From positions 105,526,001 through 105,590,000 of the forward strand of contig NW_024704743.1 in NCBI RefSeq assembly GCF_018977255.1: a stretch of DNA of 64,000 nt, in the 5' to 3' direction. Position 1 is the first letter of the stretch. Every line of letters begins with the position of its first letter. The notes beneath the pieces are model-generated. The model was not told the origin of the DNA, made no database searches, and was given only the letters and a program-made list of their open reading frames with translations. A program made the translations under genes and the position numbers. This document shows, in pieces, positions 51,698-62,529 of the stretch. The stretch comes from Callorhinchus milii (lineage: Eukaryota).

Positions 51698-52860
51698 TTT
51701 TTTTTTGGTCAACCGGGTGTCTGACACATGCCCCCAGAGACCCATCACCATGCTTAAGAGTATCCAAACCAAGCTAAGATTTCCATGCATCCCATCTATA
51801 CATGGAAATCCCAGAGATAGATTGTTGGAATGGAACCCACACTTTCTCCCTGGAGCGACGCATCCTGCTTACCAATTTCCGGAAAGTATTAGGCGCAAAG
51901 TTGGAAAGAGCCAAGGCCTGGGGACCCCAGGGTGTGCTGCTGGAATCTAACCAGCTAAAATTGCGTAGCTTGCCATTGATATTGCTGTCCAGCAAGCTTT
52001 CCCTATGCTTGTCCAGCCTAACTGTTAGGGCTTTAGCTTACATGGTTAACAGGAGCTGAGTGGGATGACTCCCTATCCCCAGTAACTAGTTTGCCCTTCC
52101 AGGACCTACCGATAAGCTGGCTGTTACGTCAACAGCAGTACCCTGGAGTACTGTGGTTCCACCTGGTTCAGGAACCGGACTACTAAGACTGCCACAGATG
52201 GCTGGCTCGATGCTGACATCCCATTGCCAGGCATGTCACCTTGGAGCTAGTTCAGCTCCAAGGAGACCTCACTTACCTCGCCATTGTCCCCCAACCCCCC
52301 TCACCGCCACCTGCCACCCGGAGGAGTCTCTCCCCAGAGGAACACATCCTGCTTAGCTGAGCGGGAAAAATCCCTGCCCCCAGTGACCAGCCTGCGCCTC
52401 GAAGTGTAGCTCCTCGAAGTCAAGTCCTACAAGTCCTGCTCCAGTCATCAATTACATTCTCATTGTGACACCTTCCACTTGATGACTAGAGCAGGTTATC
52501 AGGATCCTGGACTCATTTAAGAACCAGCTTGATGCTGTAAATTATTGTGTTTCAAATGGAATGTGCACTCTCTCCCCAGAGGATGTATCCTGCTTATCCA
52601 ATTCCGAAGAGTACTAGGTTGAGTGGGAAGAATCCTTGCCCCCAGTGACCAGTCTGCCCCTCGAAGTCCTATAAACCTATAAACTAGGCTGTATGTGCTA
52701 CCAGCAATGCCCTGAAGTACCTTGGAACCACCTGGCTTAGGAAATGAACTACCAAGACTACCAGAGAGGGTTGCCTTGATTCCAACATAATGTTGCCAAG
52801 CACCTTGGAGCTATTTAAGCAACAAGGAAACCCTGCTTAACTCCCCCTAAGGAGTATAGT
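51698..52860 (-). mobile_element. Family U, longest copy, with partial tandem sub-repeats
   Basis: T9 tract (A-tail) at 51698-51706; homology to 10905, 30200 and 58428; block tgag.ggga..a.tcc.t..ccccagt.ac.ag recurs at ~52057, 52358 and 52620. Confidence 0.7.
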
Positions 52861-53148
52861 CACTAGCTTGTCATTTTACATTTGATAAGTATAGGTTTGA
52901 GCCCTCATTAGGTGGATGGGATTTATCCTGTGGGCTTCCTGGTGAGCAGGACAGTCAGCATGAAATGTGTGAGAGCATTCCCACCATCTTCCTGCCCACA
53001 GCTTAAACAGGTATCCCTTCCCATTGAGTGATGGTTCCACTAGTTGGGAGGTGTTGAGCTTGAGCAGCTGCTTACCTCTCAAGGTGGATTCAAACCTCAA
53101 AATGATCCATTCCATAGGAAACACTCAAACTTGTTCTCAAGTGGTATC

Positions 53149-53154
53149 TTTATT
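53149..53154 (-). terminator. Candidate polyadenylation signal of the receptor mRNA
   Basis: AATAAA on the minus strand followed ~18 nt later by GU-rich GTTTGAGTGTTT; the preceding sequence is U/GU-rich like a distal 3'UTR. Confidence 0.4.
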
Positions 53155-53282
53155 TAACAAAGATTTCACACAAAGATATTACAAATCAGCACAACACTTA
53201 AATTATGTACTTCAAAAAGCTGCAAATAATTTCTTGTACTTTATGACTTGCTTTTAGATGAACATCTCTTTTCCGACACCAA

Positions 53283-53323
53283 AGTAACAAACAGTTTGCA
53301 ACCAGAGTAACAAACAGTTTGCA
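53283..53323. repeat. Direct duplication agtaacaaacagtttgca (23-bp period)
   Basis: Two exact 18-mers. Confidence 0.85.
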
Positions 53324-53869
53324 GTCCGTGTATTCCCTGCAGCAATTTCATTGATGTAGGCTAGACATTGTTTAGGAATTTAGGATTTTAGTCAATTTGC
53401 CCTTGTGCAGCTATAAAAAAAGGATGATTTTGCCATTTTAAAACTTCTAGATTAGTTTACTTTTTTACATAATGTTATTTATCATTTAAAATTGCATCAC
53501 ATTGGTGGGTAGCAAACAATTTGCTAATTTAGCTGAAAGTAGCAAAATGTTGCTCAGTCCACATCAACAAATTCACCTCATGGAGCTGAAGTGGCTGAAT
53601 AATCCCTAAAGAGATGTAAATGACTGAAACAAACATGTTCACGATTGCAAGCAACAATTGATATCATGAAGCGACACACATGCTGCTACTTTTAAATATA
53701 ATTAGCATCACATTGTATATTACACAAGCTAACTGCATGTTTTATGAACACTTGAAGAAACATTTGAATATATAAATATTTTACAGTATATCAACTCCAA
53801 TCATAAAACATTCAAAACACTCATGTCTTAGTGCACGATCATATCTGAGTCACTTAAACCACATTTAGA

Positions 53870-54030
53870 AGAGAATTAGATAAATACTTGAAGAATGAAG
53901 ATATCAAATATATTGGGGAAAGAGTGGAGAAATGGGAATGAAATAGACAGATCCAACATGGGAGCTTACTCAGTACAGATATGATGTGCGAAAATGACTT
54001 CCTTCTGTGCTGAATTGTCTATAATTTTAA
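53870..54030 (+). mobile_element. Old CR1 3' end
   Basis: gaattagataaatacttg...tgtgcgaaaatgacttccttctgtgctg. Confidence 0.55.
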
Positions 54031-57000
54031 TGTACAATATGTTCTGAGCTGGTTAAAACTAAAATCAATCTTCAAGCAAAACAAACATCATGCGTCCAAC
54101 ATTCCTGTGTTCACCCATTTTAGCAATAATGCAGATTTGCATCAACAATGGTGTAATATTGAAACTTCACAAAAACGAATATTGTCCACATATAATGTTA
54201 CTCTTACATGTGTAAGAATCATGTTCACTGTCACACGCAGGTTTCTTTGCAATGAGTGAGTATAATGGAAAATCCCACGAGTGGCTGACATCCCCAAACT
54301 GGCGCTTGAAAACTTTACCCATCCCTCACAAACAGGAACCACAACTTTTAGGGAGAAAAAAGTCTGATTAACTTGTTAAATGCTCAAAAAAACGTTGAGG
54401 AGTAATTCTTGGGAGAGTTCCACAGCAGAAGAGGCATGTTGTAAAGTGAGTAAGAGTATTTAATTCCAGGTCATTTTTGGAGCTAGAGAAAACAAAGAGG
54501 AAGCTTTTGAAATATGCCATAGTGGTGATGGGAATCGTATACAGATGCCTTTACCCAGATGTACCCAGGACATCTTTTATCAAGATATCTTTTACTAATG
54601 GATGTAGTGGCCATTAGCAGGTATATTGGAATTGAGAAGCTGAAGAGGGCTGCCTAAAGTGTAACAGTTGTGTGATTCTCAGAAGGTATTAAGGTACAAC
54701 CCAGGCACTGGGTCTATTGTAACAGAATGAGTCACCTGGTGTGACAGAAACAGTGCATGGAAGGCTGTGAATAAGGTGCACCACATAGTGTATGAAGATC
54801 CATAGGCCCAATCCACCATTGGTACTCCACAACCGTAACAGGGAAGATTGATTCTTACTGCTCTCAAGGTTTATGTCACTAGAATCTTTTACAAGGGATA
54901 ACTAAGGGTTCAGAGGCCCCATATTCTCTCATGGTCTTAACTTTAAGTTATCACTGTCTTAAAGTTAAGTTAGGGCAAAACATTGGAAAAGATGGATTTC
55001 CGCAAAGGTTAGATACCTGCTGACTTAAAAATAAATGGAAAAAATTAAATAGCATTGAACGTAACTATGGTGGAATAGCAGAACATGGTAAATTGCTGAG
55101 CAGTGGATTCCCCAAAAACAGCTCTTCCCCAAAAATGTTGGGATCCTCAAAGTGTTTGTGCTCAGCCATTGTACTCAGATTTGATTTTAAACAAAGCAGA
55201 CAAATAATATTGTGTGTACCTAACACTAGATCAAAAGCTCAATAACTACACCTCCAGTGAAATCCATTCTTGCCTCCTTATTTGGTGGGTGAGTAAAGTC
55301 ATTATCTCTGTGTTCTCTTGGTGTGAACCAATTCTGCCTTTGAACAACAGAATAATTCTTGAGAGCTCTGGTGATCGATATAATGGTTTGCCTAATCCAA
55401 AATGCTTCCAATAGAGAATTCACTCTCTCCTCACAGAAGGTTCACTGGGCATTTGCAAAATCCCAAGAAGTGTTCACAATTATTCTTTTGCTTTCTGCAT
55501 TTTTGTTGACATTTCCATCAGTTCAGTTTTTAACACACATCAAGCATGGCTTCAGCTTTCCCTACTATATGTATATATATATATTTGTATATATATAGAT
55601 GCACTATTAGCGCCGAGCTTTGATGCTTTTCTTTGAAGATGTACAGTTGCTTCTGCACCTCCTGCCAAGTCCTTCAAGAGTGGCAGAGAGGGATCGTAGC
55701 ATTTGTTATTTAATTCCATTCTTGGTATTTCTTTTCCACGTGAGGGTAAGGGGTAAGGGGGTAACCTCCCCTACCAAAACTAGAGTATCAAGGCAGTGCT
55801 CCATTACCATACACAATGGATCTTTCAGGGTCTTTCTTGTCCCCAAGAAAATATTTCACAAATATGCTACTTTTGCTTGTGATTCAGTTCCTGCATCGCC
55901 CTTTGCAGATTTTTCAAGCTTTATACCTCTCTCAAATGGCTCCTTATAAGTCTGAACTATTCATTATCACAGCTGCACTGGTGGTTGTGTTTATGTTAAT
56001 GATAACAAAACCTAATTTCTCACGAACATTTAAGAGGGCTGCGAGCAGTTGCAATTTCAGTTGTTTTTGCCAAAAAAACACAAAAACATATTTTTAAACA
56101 ACAAGCTCTCATCCACGACATATTTTTACACGACAAGCTCAATCGTCCATTTCTTTCATACCTCAGTTCACGTTCATTTCATTCTCATAGATTCAGATGA
56201 CTGTAATCTGATACCTTCACTTACGAGAGCTGTACATTAATCATCAGATATTTATCAGTCTTAGTGACCAAGAAAGGTTCAGGAAGCAATACATGATTTT
56301 CAGTAAGTGAGTTATATTATAGTCTATAGTCTTCAAATGCTATTCTTTGCCAGTTTACTTGTTGCGTGTAGTTTATATTGAAATTGTGCTGTATTTGTTT
56401 ACTCAAATACTCTTTGTATATATTTGTTACACAGGTTGAATTTGCACATTGAATTTGCAGAGTATGTTTTATATTTTGACACCACTGATATACATTTCAT
56501 AAATGAAGACATTTTAAAACAGTGGCTCATTGTGTGTGTATGCATGACTGACTGTAGAAGTTTTTTTCAGTTCTGACAAGAGTAAATTATCCAGTACAAA
56601 ATTACTATTTGTTTCACAATATGACACATCTAAAATTTCTAGCTAACTAACATACAATAAAAATATTTTTAAGACATTGTACCATAGAAGCAAATATGCC
56701 AGATGTACATGCAGCAGTAATCTGTCTGAGTCTCTTGCCAAAGAGATCGCTTGGCAAATCAATTCAATAATCCTCATTTCCCACTGAGATTGGAATATAG
56801 ACTCTTGGCAACCAACTGTGGCCAAGCCTCAATTGTGACAATACATCTAGAAATCTAATTTGCTGAAAATATATCTAGGAATCTAATTTGCAGTATTTCT
56901 TAACAGCATTTCTGAATAAGGAATTCTAGTTAGGCGAATGGGAACTTGTTCCTGGAACCTGAATGGTGGGAATTTTTCACCAATGCAACATGTACTTGCA

Positions 57001-57623
57001 AGCTTTGTATCTACCCTATATACTTTAACATTTACTTTACAGAGCACCTTTCGCAGTTAAAGTCTCAAAGTGCTTTACAGAGATGGCGTGGGAGCCTGAG
57101 CATTGTGGGAGATGGGCAGACCATAGGAGGGAGATGTCAAAGGACAGACAGGGTTAGGTTTTCAGAAGGGTTTTGAAAGCAGACACATGGATGCAACCTA
57201 GAACAACAACAACAATCTACTTCCAGAGTAGAGTTACTGCTGGTCAATAGGAATTCGAATGGTATTCCTTATTTACAACTCATTTAGGAAATACAATAAT
57301 GCAAATTAGATTCGGTAAATTGCTAAAATTTTAGTCTAGATGCTTCTTAAAGTCTGAATCATCAGCCATCTGCTTTTTGCTGCTGACAACAATTTTAAAA
57401 TAAACATGTGCTTCATCAGTTACAGATCAGTGAGCTTATTACTGATGACTGTAAACTATGGCTGCCCAACTCACAGCATTTGTTACAATGCTAGATAAAT
57501 TGAACACACTCAGTTTCTCTTTCAGCAGAGTAAGGATTAAATCGCAGTAGTGATCTGAGTTAGTCCTTCATCTCGGAAGTCATCTTTCGCTTGTGGAGAG
57601 AAAGATGACATCTCTACTGCTAG

Positions 57624-58150
57624 TCATACCGGCCTGTTTGTGTTATCTGCATTATTGCTAGAATAAGCAACATTCTGCATGGTATTCCTTACTCTGCTGC
57701 CAGTCTGCATCTCCTGCCTCAACCCAGATGAACAGCAAAAATCTTTGAAGCATCTTTTGAAGTTTTCATCCAGGAAAGCATAGAGGATAGGGTTAAGGCT
57801 GCTGTTGGTGTATCCAAGAGCTACTGAGAAGTAGTAGCAGGCGGATACCGCAGTGGTCTCTGGGAGATTCCCCAAAGCCTTGACTAGTACAAAGATATGT
57901 ATGGGAGTCCAACAGATAATGAAAACCGCTACCACAATAAGCACCATTCGTGTAATGCGCCGCAGGTTTCTATCTTTCTCCCTGGAGCCAGACAGCAGTC
58001 TGACACTCTTCAAGCGTAAAATCATCAGGGTGTAGCACACTGTGATGATGATCACTGGTATAACAAAGGCAAACACAAACACACAGATTCTCAGCAGAGT
58101 GTCCCAGTACCAGTAGGAATGTGGGAACTGCAATCCACACTCAACATTAC
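57624..58150 (-). CDS. OPRK1: Kappa-type opioid receptor-like GPCR, last coding exon (ECL2-TM7, C-tail)
   Basis: Acceptor ttttttctgttattgaacag ends at 58151; split codon G|GT joins in frame. Translates NVECGLQFP...[23 protein letters not shown]...CWTPIHIF...[24 protein letters not shown]...SRVRNT...NRPV, stop TGA at 57626-57624. Confidence 0.93.
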
Positions 58151-58427
58151 CTGTTCAATAACAGAAAAAANGCCAAGATTAGTTTTAGGTATTAACAACT
58201 TACAGACAGACTTTAATGCAGCTGAACTGTGTTAAATATTTTCTGCAACATTGAAAAATAACTGTGGTAAATTCCTGACAAGCTGTGCAGTTTTTATCTG
58301 GTTAAACTCCATCAGTACCCTATTGTACTCTCTGAGGTACCCAAGCCTTGGCTAATATTCTCAGTAATTAGTTAAAGCAGGGTGTTTTAATTCCAGACAT
58401 AGCTTACACTCAATAAACTCTCAGTGT

Positions 58428-58486
58428 GATTTGGATACTCCTAAGCATGATATCTGCACGTGTCAGACATATGGCTGACTATAAAA
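58428..58486 (+). mobile_element. Family U terminal fragment (intronic)
   Basis: tttggatactcctaagcatg...tgtcagacatatggctgactataaaa. Confidence 0.55.
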
Positions 58487-59092
58487 TCAGATTCCAAATG
58501 AAAATACATTTTAATACTGTTCTCCAAAATTCAGCACAATCGCAAATTCTAATACAATGGTCTGAGCTTAAGAATATGAGAATTTTTAAACCCCAGCTGC
58601 ATTAAACCTATGCAATCATACAAATAAAGTGAAAATTAAATATCACCAAAGAAAGTAGCCCATATAAACAAATATCTAATTGATTAACACAAGACAGCCC
58701 TTCGATTTGACAAAAATTGTAGAAAGGAATAATGTTAAGAAACTATAGTTATTTTAGTTTCATCAAATACCTGATGACAAATTCTGCTTATTTTCAAAAA
58801 TAAACAACGATTAATAATAAAAAAATGTATAAATGTCAATGTGGGAAGTGAGACTTTCTGAATTCTCACTTCTGCGAGACCTACCACCAAGGTGGGTCTG
58901 GGTTGTACTGTATGTTTTGTAGTTTGTAAATCAAATTGTCTGTTGCAAACAAATGGAGATTGGATTTCAAGGTTTATTTATCCTATATCTTAGGATCTGA
59001 ACCTATGGTGCTGCACTGGTTAGTACAGTTTATTTATGGAAATATTTCAAAGGCAACATCTCAGCATCTACTAAACACAAAATAATATCAAC

Positions 59093-59590
59093 CTGGCTTA
59101 CTTTGTAGCATTCTCACCTCTGACTGAAGGTTGTGGGTTCAAGCCCCATGTCAGGACTTTGAACTCACAACCTAAGATGACAATATAGAACAGTGCTGGG
59201 GAAACACTGCATTGTCCAAGGTGCCGTCCTTCAGATGAGATTTTAAACACAGTACTACCCGCCACTTCAGTTGGATGTTAAAGATCCCATGGCAATATTT
59301 GAAAAGTGAAATGAGTTTCTCCTCAAATCCTGGGCAACAATCCCCTTGATAAAATTGGTCAATCACTTCACTGGCTGTTTGTGGGACATTGTTTTGCACA
59401 AAGAGGCAGCTGTGTTTGTAGGCACTGTATTTGTAGGCACTACAATTTACTGCTGTATTTGTAGGCATTACAATTAACTGTATTTTTAGGCATTACAAAT
59501 AGACTACTCTTTACAGTAAATTCTTGCAAGCACTTTGAGATGTTTCAATGGTATGATATCAAATGAAATGATTATTATTATCATCATCAT
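59093..59590 (+). mobile_element. Intronic Deu-domain SINE with internal minisatellite
   Basis: ggttgtgggttcaagcccc; ggtgccgtccttcagatgag; gttaaagatcccatggca; four copies of tgt(a)tttgtaggca at 59413-59493. Confidence 0.8.
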
Positions 59591-59929
59591 TATTAATGTG
59601 ATTGAAATGATTGAAATATCCACACCATTTTGAGCATTTTTTTCTTAATTTAGAAGACATTTTCAAATCTACATTATCATAACCCAACGTTTTAATTCAT
59701 GAAGTAACTTAAATCGTAACTCTCCATTTTCATCCTTGTATTTACACCATTCACTTTCTTCAAGAAGAATTCTGTGGGCAATTTCACACGAGGGTCTTCA
59801 GGGAGGGAAAGTTGAGATTCCTCCCAAGTAAGTTCTTTCCCTTGATCAGGTCACAATCAGGGAACTTAATGTCCAAATATATTTTATAATTTGAGCATAG
59901 CTCCCAATGCTGAATCTAATACATTAACC

Positions 59930-60255
59930 TTCACCCATACATATTCAGTCAATTCACTTTACAGTATATTTTGTGAAGCGCTTTGAAACATTTCAAAGTT
60001 GTAATAAGCGCTATATCAGATGCACGGATTATTATTTATTATGCATTAGTACCTATTTATAATAATAATCATAACCCTTGCATTTGATATAGAACCTTTC
60101 ATGTCAGGTGGACATCTCAAAGCGCTTCTCAGGATTTACTGTAAATTATAGTGATTTTGTGTTTTGTTAGGCGAACATGGTAGCCAATTTATACACAGGT
60201 GTGTCCAACAAACAGTCATGATGTGAATGACCAGTTTTATTTGAGGGATTGTCCT
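59930..60255. mobile_element. Two SINE tails, tail-to-tail
   Basis: + tail at 59935-60040 and - tail at 60060-60255. Confidence 0.7.
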
Positions 60256-60728
60256 TTATACGTGGAAATTAAAAAGAAACATCAAAGCTGTTTCTGTCAG
60301 CTTTAATTTGCTCCAGACATTATGCTGCATGGTTCAATTTGCTTAAAATACAAACTGGGTGCAAAGAGAGATGACAAAATAAAAGTTGTCAAAACATTTA
60401 AAAAAGGGAATAGTTGCACAGTATAACAGTAGAAATAAGTGCAAAAATTGTCAAAACCTTATACTTTCTCAGCATTTGCTAAAGCTTTGCCCTTGGTTAG
60501 CTCCAAAGATTTCAGTGAAATATTCTGTTGTTGTTTGCTAAGCAGGAATCTTAAGATATCAGGGCCCATTACTGTTCAGCAGGGCTTGGGCTCTACAATT
60601 ATTCAGATGTCAACGGTTATTTTAAAACTCATTTCAGTGGCACTCCTTCAATAAGGAAAAGTGTGTATTCAGGATTACCTCAACTTTGTCTATGGAGATG
60701 ATACTTTCACTGCAACTTTAGCACTCAC

Positions 60729-61081
60729 CTTCCCTTGTTCCAGTCGCCCCCAGCACTATGACAGGTATGCCAATAACTGAGGAGAGGAGCCAGATACACA
60801 CGTTTATTATTTTTGCATTAAAAGGAGTGCGGAAGTCCAATGCCTTCACCGGATGACACACAGCAATATAGCGATCAATACTCATCATTGTCAACGTGAA
60901 TATACTGGTGAACATGTTGTAATAATCAATGGAAACCACTATTTTACACAACAAATCTCCGAATGGCCAGGACCCCATTAGATAGTCAGCACTTTGAAAG
61001 GGCATTGTGCTTGTTGCTAGAGCATCTGCTGCAGCAAGATTGAATATGTAAATATTTGTAGCTGTCTTCATCTTTGTGTGT
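60729..61081 (-). CDS. OPRK1: Kappa-type opioid receptor-like GPCR, internal coding exon (ICL1-TM4)
   Basis: Translates (R)[30 protein letters not shown]...[42 protein letters not shown]...GTRE. Acceptor tttctccttcag ends at 61082; donor gtgagt starts at 60728. Length 353 bp, with splice positions typical of opioid receptor genes. Symbol means OPRK1-like; orthology is uncertain. Confidence 0.93.
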
Positions 61082-61239
61082 CTGAAGGAGAAACATAGAA
61101 ATACGTCTTAGTTATTTGATGCAACCACTCATAACTGATTGGAGGTACAAGCAAAGTAAAGGCTGGCATTGTCAGCCAGATCAAACAGAAGGTGTTCAGG
61201 AAATGTACATCATTTATTACAACTGCTCTATTTGTCTTA

Positions 61240-61800
61240 GATGCTAAACAAAAAAAACATGAAATGTGATGAGGCTATTAACTCCATCAAGTTCATCAGA
61301 CCACACAAAAATCTAAGAACTTCACCCCAACGCATTCTGTCTTTTGGGGGAACATCCTGCATAGATACTCTTTGATTCCCAAGGGTAAGCAATTAAAGTC
61401 TGCAGAATATTCATCCATCTCCATAACTCCACCATTCAAAACTGGCCTCACAGACAAAAACTCCCAAGTCCTGGAATCATCCTTGTTGCTCTTCTCTATG
61501 TTCTTTCCAATGAGCTTCAGTGTCCTTTTGAAGGTAGGAACCCCAAAACATGGCCATCATCATCTCCCAGCCACTGGCTCCTGCTCTGAAACATCTTTGC
61601 TATAGCGGGCTATTACCTACTCAGTTAATAGCATTTCTGTCCAACAAGACAAACCAAAACATATACTTTATCTTGTCGATAGTTGATGATATATTGTAGT
61701 AATTGACCAGCCAATATCATCAACCACGGACAAAATAAAAGGTGTCACTTCTTACTCAGTAGGAAGAACCTTGAAAATAGTTCTCAGTTCTTTTCAAGGT
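61240..61800 (-). mobile_element. Decayed CR1 fragments
   Basis: gatgaggctattaactccatc (3' hairpin), atcttgtcga, gaccagccaat...caaccac, typical of reverse CR1 ORF2. Confidence 0.5.
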
Positions 61801-62259
61801 TCTTCTTAATGGGCTCTGAAGCCTTTTAATAATTCTAAAGAAGGTACACTCAGGTCTGGTGAAAATTTGCTACAATGAGAGGTTTGCAATAACAATTTTA
61901 AATGTAAAAAAAATCCACTACATCCTCCCTCAATTTTTTCATTCGGCAAAATTATTAATCTCAAATGATTAAAGTTGATAATGTCACCTATTTTAAGAAA
62001 CACTTGCATCAACTTAACCAACATTAAATTGTTCAGTATCACTTATGTTTGATATTCATTAGGTTCAATTGAATCTGCCCGTGGTTATGTGAAGCCCTTT
62101 ATCACTTTACTGAAGATAATCAGCTGTATGTATAGATATATTATTCCGCAACTCACAGAAGCTTTGATTTGAGGGTTTTGCCTTTTTATAACATACATTA
62201 TCTGAAGTTTTTTCAGGGATCTCTACCTGAAAACCGACATTTTTTTCTTACCTCCGAAC

Positions 62260-62301
62260 TGGGAATTTTTACACACTGAATGGGAATTTTTACACACTGA
62301 A
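62260..62301. repeat. Perfect 21-bp tandem duplication tgggaatttttacacactgaa
   Basis: Two exact adjacent copies at the edge of a reverse CR1 3' fragment (~62300-62490). Confidence 0.9.
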
Positions 62302-62529
62302 GGGGGCTGTTCAGCTCATTGCCCCCATGCTGGCTCTGAAGAATCTATCCTGACCTATACCCATATCCAATTATGCTTCTCTTTTTAAAAAAATATTTGT
62401 TTAATTCCCTTTAAATTGTTATTTAAATTGGATTCTGCTTCAACTATTAGTTTGGGTAGGCAATCTGTTCTAATTACCATCTGTAGAGGAAAAAATCTAG
62501 CTGTTCACATGTACTGATTTATTTTATTT

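Larger units (their letters stand above)
58151..60728 (-). other. Phase-1 GT-AG intron of the opioid receptor gene (2578 bp)
   Basis: Canonical splice sites join the two exons in frame; contains SINE copies and one N at 58171. Confidence 0.9.

Noticed and set aside
55359..56240. Cluster of plus-strand ORFs of 63-109 aa
   Set aside because: No recognisable motifs or splice structure; more likely antisense to the receptor 3'UTR.
58171..58171. N near the splice acceptor
   Set aside because: A single ambiguous base beside a homopolymer; it does not affect the AG or the frame.
59413..59493. CRISPR-like repeat-spacer array
   Set aside because: Degenerate minisatellite inside a eukaryotic SINE; no unique spacers or cas genes.
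60718..60728. ORF-track ending ...GEC* and start MQFPH at 58133
   Set aside because: Read-through into the intron and an internal TTG; the true boundaries are the splice sites.
57624..61081. Calling the receptor OPRL1, OPRM1 or OPRD1
   Set aside because: The IHI triplet and FTSIF argue against nociceptin (VQV, FTSTF); ICL3, TM7 and C-tail are kappa-like rather than mu or delta.
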